Source: an uncultured bacterium
GTDB lineage: Bacteria > Acidobacteriota > HRBIN11 > JAKEFK01
NCBI GenBank assembly: GCA_963837395.1
Contig: CAWINI010000003.1
Span: 771,805 to 835,804, forward strand
DNA: 64,000 nucleotides
Direction of reading: 5' to 3'
Shown: positions 37,650 to 46,912 of the stretch, one piece after another
Position numbering within the stretch: the first letter of the stretch is position 1
How the letters are laid out: every line of letters begins with the position of its first letter
Program-made: the position numbers and the translations under genes
The notes under the pieces: generated by a model
Told to the model about the DNA's origin: nothing
What the model saw: the letters and a program-made list of their open reading frames with translations, nothing else
The model's database searches: none

Positions 37650-38707
37650 GAGTCCCCAGCTTTCCTTAAAGCCAATCCAACTGCAACAGTGGCAATTGGT
37701 GCAACTTCATGGAGATAATCCGCATCTATATTTGTAAGCTTTATGTTTTTGAATGGATTCAGAAGCTCAGTAGGAGCATTAAATTTTTCTCTGAAATATT
37801 GCTGAAGTCCGGGAATCTTTGCGGATCCACCTGCAAGATAAATCCGATCAATACGTTCTTCAGTTGAAGTTGCTTTAAAGAAGTCCAGTGTACGTTGAAC
37901 GTCAACTGCAATGTCTTCAGTTACGCCTTGAATAATTGAAGCAGCAGAAGAAGGATCAATACCATCCGCAGAAATTCCTTTTTTAATATTTTCGGCGTTT
38001 TCGCGGCTGAGATTCAATTCACGTTGAATTGTTTCTGTGTACAAATTTCCACCGGTTGAAATATCGCGAGTAAATAATGAAAGATCGCCTTGAGTAATGT
38101 TCATATTAATGAGACTTGCTCCGACGTTCACTAAAGCGATTACTTCATCGGCACGGACATCGGTTTTATAATTCAATTCAAACGCATTTTGCAATGCAAA
38201 AGAATCAACATCAACTACTAATGGTCTCTTCCCTGCTTGCGTAATGACATTAGCATAAAATCCGATCATATCCTTTTTCACAGCAACCAGGATGATATCC
38301 ATCATTCCACCCTGACCGGCTGTAGAACGAAGAATCTTATGATCCAGATTGACTTCGTCTATTGGGAAGGGGATGTACTGTTCAGCTTCCCATCGAATTG
38401 ATTCGGCTAATTCGCCTTCACTCATTGAAGGAAGCGAAATTTTCTTGACGATTACGGAACCACCAGAAACAGAAGTTGCAACCTCTGATTTTTTTACATT
38501 GTTATTTACAAACAGACTGTCGATTGCATCCGCCACGGCGGATGAATCCATGATTGCGCCTTCAACGATTGAATCTGGAGGTAAAGGTTGGATTCCGAAA
38601 CTGACTAACTCGTAAGCCTTCCCCCGTTGCTTCAACTCTACGAGTTTGACGGAGTGTGAACCGATGTCGAGTCCCACCAAGTCCTTGGCTTTGCCAAACA
38701 GCCCCAC
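37646..38707 (-). CDS. pilM: Type IV pilus assembly protein PilM (actin-like)
   Basis: VGLDIGSHSVK, EAEQYIPFP, LVNVGAS and IYLAGGSAKIPGL motifs; TAAGGAG RBS. Confidence 0.95.
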   Translation of the reverse strand: MGLFGKAKDLVGLDIGSHSVKLVELKQRGKAYELVSFGIQPLPPDSIVEGAIMDSSAVADAIDSLFVNNNVKKSEVATSVSGGSVIVKKISLPSMSEGELAESIRWEAEQYIPFPIDEVNLDHKILRSTAGQGGMMDIILVAVKKDMIGFYANVITQAGKRPLVVDVDSFALQNAFELNYKTDVRADEVIALVNVGASLINMNITQGDLSLFTRDISTGGNLYTETIQRELNLSRENAENIKKGISADGIDPSSAASIIQGVTEDIAVDVQRTLDFFKATSTEERIDRIYLAGGSAKIPGLQQYFREKFNAPTELLNPFKNIKLTNIDADYLHEVAPIATVAVGLALRKAGDS

Positions 38708-38740
38708 TTGTCTCTCCTTAGTTCAGCAAATTCTTCGGGT

Positions 38741-38770
38741 ACGTTAACAAAAAACTCCCTCCCTTGTCAA
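38741..38770 (-). promoter_or_regulatory. Proximal pilM promoter
   Basis: TTGACA-N18-TAACGT with an extended -10 TG. Confidence 0.6.
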
Positions 38771-38928
38771 GGAAGCTTCGTCTATAACCGCGTTAAAATC
38801 TAGTACCCATGCGGTTCTTGACCATCGTACTATATATGAAACCCGCTCCTGATGCGGATTTATAAGTCCCCATAAATAGATTTTTAGAGGCCAAACCTGC
38901 TATTGCAGATCCTCTTGAATCAGGCGGG

Positions 38929-38957
38929 ATGTTACTACAAGCATAGTGAGATGTCAA
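38929..38957 (-). promoter_or_regulatory. Distal pilM promoter
   Basis: TTGACA-N17-TAACAT. Confidence 0.65.
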
Positions 38958-39083
38958 GTACAGTACAGAGGGTAGTACTATAACCTTTAATCCTAAGTTT
39001 GTAGTACTACTAATCAATCGTAATCGTAAATCGTACTCTTACTCGTAATCCTTCTCTATTTTAGTTGTGATTTTGCTTTTTGA

Positions 39084-40773
39084 TTACTTCTGCAGATTCC
39101 GTGTCAGCCTGCTTTCGGCGAGAGTTTCTACGTAGCTTTTAATTCCGCGAGCGAGCCCCTGGGCAATGGTCTGCCGGTAACCTGAAGTTTCCAGAAGATT
39201 GTATTCACCTTCATTACTAATGAATGAAATTTCAGCAAGAATGGAAGGCATTTGCGCTCCAATCAAAACATAAAATGGGGCTTGTTTTACACCGAGATTG
39301 TTCGCAGCATATCCTTTTTGAAGATGTCCCACCAGATTGGTTTGAATCAGCTTTGCAAAGTCGCGTGACTCCTCAATTTTTGTATTTAACGCAATTGCAG
39401 TAGTGAGTTTCTGGAGTTCACCCATATTCTTTTCTGAAATTGCATTTTCGCGTGCGGCAACTTCCATTGCTTGTGGTGTTGTTGCAAAATTCAGGTAATA
39501 CGTTTCTATGCCTTTTGCTTTTTTATTGCGGCTTGAATTGACATGCACCGAAACAAATAAATCAGCTGACTTGCTGTTTGCAAACGCCGTACGTTCTTCA
39601 AGCGCAACATAGTCATCCTCAGTTCGTGTCATCAGCACTTCGTAACCATATTCCTGTTCAAGAATGCCTTTTAGTTTTTGCGATACATCCAGGGTTATAT
39701 CTTTTTCTTTCATTCCGCTGCGCATTGCACCAGGATCATGACCTCCATGACCAGGATCAAGAACAATTCTCCGAACAGTAAGCCCGAGCTGTCGAGCAAG
39801 TGAATATTGCCCGGTAGTATTCGTCTTTGCCATTTCTGGAGTTTCATTTTGATCAACTGTAGTTTCTTTATCGGACCTCAGTTGTTACTTGTGGTGCGGT
39901 TGGAACAGGTGCAACTGCAGCAACAGGAGTTTTCTTTCCTTGAATATCAATAACCACCCGATATGGATGATACAAAGAAAAGATTTCAAAGTTTTCAATG
40001 TTTTTTAAATCAAGAACGACGCGAGCTTTTCGAAAAGTATTTTGTCCGACACGAATTTGTTTTAGAAACCCATCATCGACTGAAAACTGTTGTTCGAGAA
40101 GCTCTTTGAATGCGACAGTGTTGTCAAAATCAACATAAAGTCGATCTGGATTCATCAATCGATCTCTTTTGAACGGGACTTCTTTGTCAAAATCCAGAAC
40201 CACTCGCGTATAATCCGGACCAGTATAATGTCTTAAACTTTTCAGCGTTGCCGGTTGGGTCGCAGTTGCTGAAGATTCCTTTAAAACAGTCTCTGCCATT
40301 CTTGGTGAGCGTTCTCTTAATCGCTCCTCCATCACCTGTGATTCATTTTCCTGGTTCAGCTCATCTCTCATAATCCTTATGTATTCCAACATTGCTTCTT
40401 CTACTAACGAACTGGAACCATACTGTTGAATCAAGAATTCATAGGTGCTGCAGGCACGATGAAGATACAGATTGTCATTGAAACGGCGTCCCATTTCAGC
40501 ATACAAACCGCCTACATGGAATAATGAATTGTCGCAATATCCTGACGATGGATTGTTGTAATAAACTTTGCGATAAGCTTCAACAACTTTTTTCCATTCC
40601 GAAATTTGAGCCTGATTATCTCCGGATTTTTTTAGAGCTTCTTCCAGCTTAACCGCTTGATCGTAAAGATCTTTTGCATTGGAATTTGCTGCAGATAGAG
40701 ATGTAGACACCAATAGTAACGAAAGAATTAGAAAAGACACCCTTCGGAGAATCATCCCTATCGTCTCCAACAC
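39084..40773 (-). CDS. N-acetylmuramoyl-L-alanine amidase (TPR + AMIN + Amidase_3), split by a probable artefactual frameshift near 39873
   Basis: ORF 39868-40773 has the signal peptide, TPR and AMIN domain (YTRVVLDF, NPDRLYVDF); ORF 39084-39833 has VLDPGHGG, ADLFVSVHVN and MPSILAEISF; the linker reads open across the gap in the second frame. Confidence 0.88.
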
Positions 40774-40837
40774 TAGCCCCGCATTTCTATTTTTTAGATT
40801 CTAAGCAGAGCTTACCTCAATGTATTCAATGAGTTGA

Positions 40838-40866
40838 ATCATACCTTGGGCATAGCACTATGTCAA
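40838..40866 (-). promoter_or_regulatory. Consensus sigma70 promoter of the amidase gene
   Basis: TTGACA-N17-TATGAT. Confidence 0.75.
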
Positions 40867-40876
40867 GCATACTACA

Positions 40877-41005
40877 GAGGATGGGGGATAGAGAATGGAG
40901 AATGGAGGATTGAGAATGGAGGATTGAGAATGGAGGATTGAGAATGGAGGATTGAGAATTGTTAGCTCACTATCGTCAATCCTCTATTCTCTATCTTCCA
41001 TCCTC
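40877..41005. repeat. Heptamer tandem array (GAGAATG/GAGGATT, 12 units) followed by about 4 inverted units
   Basis: Read directly at 40877-40960; inverted CAATCCT CTATTCT CTATCTT CCATCCT at 40977-41004. Confidence 0.92.
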
Positions 41006-41007
41006 TT

Positions 41008-41913
41008 TTATTTCCGCGGGTGTGAACGCTGATACGTCTTCAACAATTGTTCTACGTTCAGGTGAGTATACTTTTGGGTTGTTGAAAGGCTGGCGTGGCC
41101 GAGAAGTTCTTGAATCCAGCGAAGGTCGGCACCGGCGTTAAGTAAATGGGTGGCAAAACTATGGCGGAAAGAATGTGGAGAAACGCGTTTTTGCATTGCC
41201 AGCTTCAACAAATACTGATTCAGAATTTGTCGAATTCTGGTTTCGCTCAAACGACTGCCGTGCAAATTCAAAAAAATCCATTCAGGAGTTTGCTTATCGA
41301 TTAACTCATGCCGCCTGCTCAAGTAACGTTTAACCGCAGATGCAGCAGTTGATCCGAAAAATACAGTTCGTTCTTTCTTACCTTTACCTGTAATCCGCAT
41401 CACTCCCGATTCCGGATCCAGATCGCGCAACCGCAACCCTGCAATTTCACTGACACGCATTCCGGTCGCGTACAAAAGTTCAAAGATTGCATGATCCCGA
41501 TCCCCTTTCGCTGTATCTTCAAATTCAAAATCCAGGAAACTATTGATTTCATGAACCTGAAGAACACCTGGTAATTTCTTTGGCAGCCGCGGGCTTTTTA
41601 CTGCCTTTGCAAAATTTTGAGCAACATAATTTTGCCTGCACAAAAATCGGAAGAATGAACGTAGACAGGCTAATTTCCTTGCGATACTGGCGCGGTTAAA
41701 TTTCTGCTGATACAGGTGATTGATAAATCCGCGGATCGCAAGTAAATCAAGATCGCTGACAATTGAATCATCATCTATAACATCTTTGCCAAGATACTCA
41801 TTTAAGAAACCACAAAACTGCTGCAGATCTTTCATGTAGGCAAGAATTGTGTTTGCCGAATATCTTTTTTCAATCCGAAGATGTGATTCAAATTCGGAAA
41901 GATACTTTTGCAC
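41008..41913 (-). CDS. xerC: Tyrosine recombinase XerC
   Basis: LLYATGMRVSE, TGKGKKER, HSFRHSFATH, LGHASLSTTQKY; in the dprA-topA-trmFO-xerC context. Confidence 0.9.
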   Translation of the reverse strand: MQKYLSEFESHLRIEKRYSANTILAYMKDLQQFCGFLNEYLGKDVIDDDSIVSDLDLLAIRGFINHLYQQKFNRASIARKLACLRSFFRFLCRQNYVAQNFAKAVKSPRLPKKLPGVLQVHEINSFLDFEFEDTAKGDRDHAIFELLYATGMRVSEIAGLRLRDLDPESGVMRITGKGKKERTVFFGSTAASAVKRYLSRRHELIDKQTPEWIFLNLHGSRLSETRIRQILNQYLLKLAMQKRVSPHSFRHSFATHLLNAGADLRWIQELLGHASLSTTQKYTHLNVEQLLKTYQRSHPRK

Positions 41914-41926
41914 GACAACTATAATA

Positions 41927-43273
41927 CTACATGAAGATTGAAGATGGAGAATTGAGGATTGAAAACTGATCTGCGAATTGGCGAATGGAAGCTAAGGCCC
42001 GTTCAACGAGTAGTTGTTTCTTACGCTGCTTATCTTTGATCATTTGAAGATCCGGGGCATGGAGCAAGCCGAATGTAATATTCATCGGTTGAAAGTGGTC
42101 GGGATCTGCATTGGAAATGTAATGAGCAAGAGCGCCGATAGCCGTTTCCGGTGGCGGAACATGCAAAGGCAGGTCGAGTGCCAGCCGCGCAGCATTGATC
42201 CCCGCAAGCAATCCTGAAGCAGCAGAATCCACATAACCTTCTACGCCGGAAAGTTGTCCAGCAAAAAAGAGCTGAGGATTGGTGCGGGTTTGATATGTAG
42301 GAAGCAAAATTTTCGGAGCATTCAAGTAAGTATTTCGATGGATCCAACCGTAGCGGATAAATTCAGCATTCTGAAGTCCGGGGATCATCCGGAACACACG
42401 TGCTTGTTCAGAAAAACGCATGCTGGTCTGAAATCCCACCATATTATAGTGTGATGCTGCCAGGTTATCCTGTCGCAACTGAACCACCGCAAATGGACGC
42501 CGGCCAGTAACAGGATCGATCAAACCGATTGGCTTCATTGGACCAAAACAAAGCGTCTTCTTTCCGCGCCGGGCCAGTTCTTCAATCGGCAAACAGCCTT
42601 CAAAAAATATTGCCTTTTCGAATTCCTTCAGCGGATGCGTTTCAGCTTTGAGCAATGCATCATAAAAACTGTCATACGCCTCACGACTCATCGGACAATT
42701 CAGATAATCATCACTGCCCTTTCCGTATCGGGAGGCTGCAAAAACAATGGAGCGATCAATTGAATCTGCATCAACGATCGGTGAAATTGCATCGTAATAA
42801 TATAAATGAGGGGATTGGCTAAATTCTTTGATTGATTCTGCCAAAGGTTCCGAAGTCAGCGGCCCGGTTGCAATGATATTAATTCCATCTTGCGGAATCG
42901 AAGTCACTTCTTCACGTATCATTCTCACATTCGGTAGTTTTCCCAAAGTTGCTTGAATTTTTTCAGCAAACACATCGCGATCAACTGAGAGCGACATTCC
43001 GGCTGGAACTGCACTTTGATCAGCCGCAGCGATAATCAAAGACTGGAGGATGCGCATTTCCTCCTTTAACAATCCTGGCGCATGAAGCAGATCGTTGGAT
43101 TTTAAGGAATTGCTGCAGACAAGTTCAGCAAGATTGTCTGTAACATGTGCTGGAGTTTTGCGCCCAGGCCGCATTTCATAGAGATCTACGTCCAGCCCGT
43201 GCCTGGCAATCTGCCATGCCGCTTCTGCGCCGGCAAGTCCGCCACCAATGACACGTATTTTTGCTTTAGGCAT
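41927..43273 (-). CDS. trmFO: Folate-dependent tRNA (uracil-54) methyltransferase TrmFO (Gid)
   Basis: IGGGLAGAEAAWQ, ELVCSNSL, YNMVGFQT and AGQLSGVEGYVDS motifs. Confidence 0.95.
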   Translation of the reverse strand: MPKAKIRVIGGGLAGAEAAWQIARHGLDVDLYEMRPGRKTPAHVTDNLAELVCSNSLKSNDLLHAPGLLKEEMRILQSLIIAAADQSAVPAGMSLSVDRDVFAEKIQATLGKLPNVRMIREEVTSIPQDGINIIATGPLTSEPLAESIKEFSQSPHLYYYDAISPIVDADSIDRSIVFAASRYGKGSDDYLNCPMSREAYDSFYDALLKAETHPLKEFEKAIFFEGCLPIEELARRGKKTLCFGPMKPIGLIDPVTGRRPFAVVQLRQDNLAASHYNMVGFQTSMRFSEQARVFRMIPGLQNAEFIRYGWIHRNTYLNAPKILLPTYQTRTNPQLFFAGQLSGVEGYVDSAASGLLAGINAARLALDLPLHVPPPETAIGALAHYISNADPDHFQPMNITFGLLHAPDLQMIKDKQRKKQLLVERALASIRQFADQFSILNSPSSIFM

Positions 43274-43300
43274 AACTTAGCGACTCTCTGGTAAAAAAAA

Positions 43301-45714
43301 TTATTTTGCAGCAGGTTCGGGCTGGGCTTCAAGTTCGATCTGGAATTTGCATTCCTTATCGTTGCATTCTAAATAAGGAGGGCCGCCTTTCCTGAATTTT
43401 TCCAGCATAAATGGAGCATGACAAGCCGGACATTCACGCACAACAGGTTTATTCCAAAGTGCGAACGTACAATCAGGATAATTCGCGCAACCGTAAAATA
43501 TTTTTCGACCCTTTGTGCGTTTCTCAACTAAATCGCCACCATCATCGGGACATTTCACATCCAGAGTCTTTGGCTTGATGTACTTACATTCGGGATAATT
43601 ACTGCAAGCGATGAACGGACCGTACTTGCCTTGTTTTACAACCAGCTCAGCTCCGTCCTGTGGACATTTTTCATTGGGAACTTCAAGCGAACCAATTTCA
43701 GCCTGTTTTTTCGTTAGTGTTGCAGTAAATTTGCATTCTGGATAACCGGAGCATGCCAAAAACTTTCCGTATCTTCCAACCTTTACAACCAGTGGCTTTC
43801 CACATTTCAAACATGTATGCTCCGATTCGGTTCCTACTCCACCTAAAGTTTCGTTTGGCTGCTCATCCGGATTTTGTGTGTATTTGCATTCTTCATTCGT
43901 GCAAGTCAGGAACGCACCGAATTTGCCCCAACGCTTTACCATTGCGCTTCCACATTGCGGACATTTTGTATCTACTGGGATTCCAGTTGCTTTGATTTCT
44001 TCCATTTCATCGTACGCACGTTTTAAGTCGCGTGAAAAATCACCGTAAAATTCATTCAGGACTTCAACCGTTTGCTTGGTACCTTCTTCGATCTCATCAA
44101 GCTCATCTTCCAAATGAGCGGTGTATTTGAAATCCATGATTTCGTCAAAATGCCGGACTAAAAGATCGGTAACCAGGAATCCAAGATCAGTTGGTTTGAA
44201 TCGATTGTCTTCTTTGATCACGTAACTGCGATTCTGGATCACACCCAGAATCGTTGCATAGGTTGAAGGACGTCCGATCTCCTTTTCTTCAAGTTCTTTC
44301 ACCAACATCGCTTCTGTAAAGCGCGAAGGCGGTTGCGTAAAATTCTGTTTGGGTTCGAGCCGGTCAAGACGTAATTCTTCTCCGGGCTCAACAACTGGAA
44401 GCGAAGGTGGAGTTTCTTCAACAGCTCCTTCTATTGGAGCTTCTGAAGTTTCTTCTTGATAAACACGAATGAAACCTGGAAATGTCATCACCTGTCCGCT
44501 TGCTTCGAATTCATAATTCTTGGCTTCAACAGTAATGATTGTTTCATCAAACAAGGCTGCCTTCATTTGTGATGCTACGAAGCGGTTCCAAATCAGGGAA
44601 TAGAGCTTGAATTCATCACGGCTCAAATAATTTTTTACACTTTCCGGAGTACGCAACACCGATGTTGGACGGATTGCTTCATGCGCATCTTGAACGGATT
44701 TTTTGTTTTTGTAGAAGTTTGGCTGATCCGGCAAAAATTCTTTACCGTACTCAGTGACAACGTAGTTCCGCGTTTCTTCTAAGGCAATCGGTGAGATGCG
44801 AACCGAATCCGTACGCATATATGTGATCAGACCTACGGCGCCTTCATCACCCACTTCGATACCTTCATATAACTCTTGCGCCACCATCATTACTTTTTTA
44901 ACTGGCCATCGGAATTTCCGCGATGCTTCTTGCTGCAATTTGCTGGTGATAAACGGAGCTGATGGATTCCGCTTCCGCTCTTTCTTTTCGACATCTTTTA
45001 CTGTGAAAAGTGCCCTATCCAGATCAGCTAGAATTTGTTCGGCTGCTGCTTGATTGGAAATTTCTGTTTTCTTTCCACCGATGCGAACTAATTTCGCGGG
45101 AAATATCGGTGGCTCTGAACCTTCCAGAAAAGCGGTCATCGTCCAATATTCTTCCGCAATGAAGGCTTGAATCTCTTTTTCGCGGTCGCAGATCAGCCGA
45201 AGTGCAATCGATTGAACTCTGCCGGCGCTAAGTCCACGTTTTACTTTTTGCCACAGAAGCGGCGAAATCTTATATCCCACTAAGCGATCCAATATTCGCC
45301 TGGCTTGTTGAGCCTGGACCTTCTTCTGATCAATTTGAGTGGGATTTTCAAAAGCCCGTCTTACTTCTTCTTTGGTGATTTCATTTAAAATTACACGATG
45401 AATCGGCTTTCCATTTCCTAATTCCTCAGAAAGATGGAAACTGATCGCTTCTCCTTCCCGGTTCCAGGATCAGGCGCAAGGAAAATATTTTTTGATTTCG
45501 ACGCTATTTTTTTCAGCTCTTTTACAAGATCGGTTTTTCCCCGAATAATTGTATAGTGCGGCTCAAAACTCTTCTCTTCATCGACACCAAGCTTGGATTT
45601 AGGCAAGTCTTTGATATGCCCCAAACACGCTTTGACAACGTAGTCGTTGCCCAGGTATTTGTTAATCGTTTTTGCTTTGGCTGGTGATTCCACCACCACT
45701 AAAGATTTGGCCAT
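43301..45714 (-). CDS. topA: DNA topoisomerase I with C-terminal Zn ribbons; frameshift near 45463, probably an artefact
   Basis: [13 protein letters not shown] in 45418-45714; removing two bases (GGAAC to GAC) restores the TOPRIM motif DPDREGEAI; [16 protein letters not shown] and C4 zinc ribbons downstream. Confidence 0.95.
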
Positions 45715-45738
45715 TTTTTTTCCTCAATCTCGCGATTC

Positions 45739-46827
45739 TTATTTCAGCCTAATAAATTGCTTGCCTGGTATTTGGCTAATAAAGCTTTTTAGTTCCAAAT
45801 TCACCAGCGTTCCTAATAAATCCTGCGGTCGCATTCCTGCAATACCCGCTAGCTGATCTATATGTTTTGGCTGTTCAAATGATAATAAGGCAATAATAGT
45901 CTTTTCTGATTCTGTCAAGTTTGACGACGAAGTCTCATCAGCTCGATCAGCACTGATAAGCCTTTGTGTGATCCGCTCGGGCAATTCTGCAATCACATCT
46001 TTCCAGCTTTCTACAAGTATTGCGCCATCTTTGATTAATGCATGACAGCCCTGACTTGATTCGTTGAAAACATTCCCGGGTACAGCCAGAACTTCACGGC
46101 CTTGTTCCGTTGCCATACGAGCTGTGATCAGCGATCCGCTCTTTCGAGATGCTTCAATCACCACAACTCCACAAGACAATCCGCTAATAATACGGTTTCG
46201 AACGGGAAAGTTCTCGCGATTGGGCGGTGTACCCATCGGAAATTCCGAAACCAATGCGCCTGATTTAGAAATCCGATCAGCAAGCGAACGATGTTCGGAC
46301 GGATAAATTACATCAATCCCGCTTCCTAAAACTGCGATGGTGCGTCCTTCTTCTTGAATTACCACCGAATGCGCGCGAGCATCTACTCCGCGTGCGAGAC
46401 CACTTACCACCGTAAGTCCTGCTTTTGAAAGATCTCTTGCTAGCGACTGGGTTACGTTCAAACCGTACGTCGTAGCTTTTCTGGATCCAACCAGCGCTAT
46501 ACATGGATCTTCCGCCCGCAACTCGCCTTTAACATAAAGTACAACGGGTGGATCAGGGATTGTCTTTAACAATGTAGGATAAGAATCGCTTCCCTGCCAC
46601 AAAATCGTAATGTCCGCATGCTGGGCCATCTTGAATTCCTTTTCGGCCTCTCGCATATCAAAATGAAGAATGCGGTAGATAACATCGGACTTCAAATCAC
46701 ATACTGCACGAAGCTCCATTTCCGAACTTCTGAAAATATTTTCTGGAGTTTCGAATACACGCAAAATGGCCGCTCGCTGCGCTGAACGCAGACCTTCCAC
46801 CATATTTAATGCTAGCCAGGGAAGCAT
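45739..46827 (-). CDS. dprA: DNA-processing protein DprA; start probably ATG 46827
   Basis: YPTLLKTIPDPP, IALVGSR, VVSGLARGVD and FPVRNRIISGL motifs; C-terminal winged helix. Confidence 0.93.
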   Translation of the reverse strand: MLPWLALNMVEGLRSAQRAAILRVFETPENIFRSSEMELRAVCDLKSDVIYRILHFDMREAEKEFKMAQHADITILWQGSDSYPTLLKTIPDPPVVLYVKGELRAEDPCIALVGSRKATTYGLNVTQSLARDLSKAGLTVVSGLARGVDARAHSVVIQEEGRTIAVLGSGIDVIYPSEHRSLADRISKSGALVSEFPMGTPPNRENFPVRNRIISGLSCGVVVIEASRKSGSLITARMATEQGREVLAVPGNVFNESSQGCHALIKDGAILVESWKDVIAELPERITQRLISADRADETSSSNLTESEKTIIALLSFEQPKHIDQLAGIAGMRPQDLLGTLVNLELKSFISQIPGKQFIRLK

Positions 46828-46873
46828 GCCGTGCACATTAACATAAAAATCATTTGTAATACAAATCGGAGCC

Positions 46874-46901
46874 CTTGCATCTTGCATCCCGCATCCTGTA
46901 T
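46874..46901. repeat. Short heptamer array (CYYGYAT)x4 between the divergent dprA and GWxTD genes
   Basis: CTTGCAT CTTGCAT CCCGCAT CCTGTAT. Confidence 0.7.
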
Positions 46902-46912
46902 CTTTTCCAAAT

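Noticed and set aside
38793-39017. 74-aa minus-strand ORF upstream of pilM
   Set aside because: No RBS, no recognisable motif, and it overlaps the promoter elements; probably spurious.
40877-41005. Tandem array as a CRISPR array
   Set aside because: The units are 7/14 nt with no unique spacers, and no cas genes are present.
40970-41010. Absence of hslVU after xerC as a notable loss
   Set aside because: The xerC-hslVU linkage is variable among bacteria, and the genes may lie elsewhere in the genome; this cannot be assessed from the window.
41008-41913. Tyrosine recombinase as a prophage or island integrase
   Set aside because: It sits in the conserved dprA-topA-trmFO-xerC housekeeping order, has XerC length, and has no att sites or cargo nearby.
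41914-41926. Leaderless promoter for xerC (TATTAT 7 nt before GTG)
   Set aside because: There is no extended -10 TG and no credible -35; read-through from trmFO explains expression equally well.
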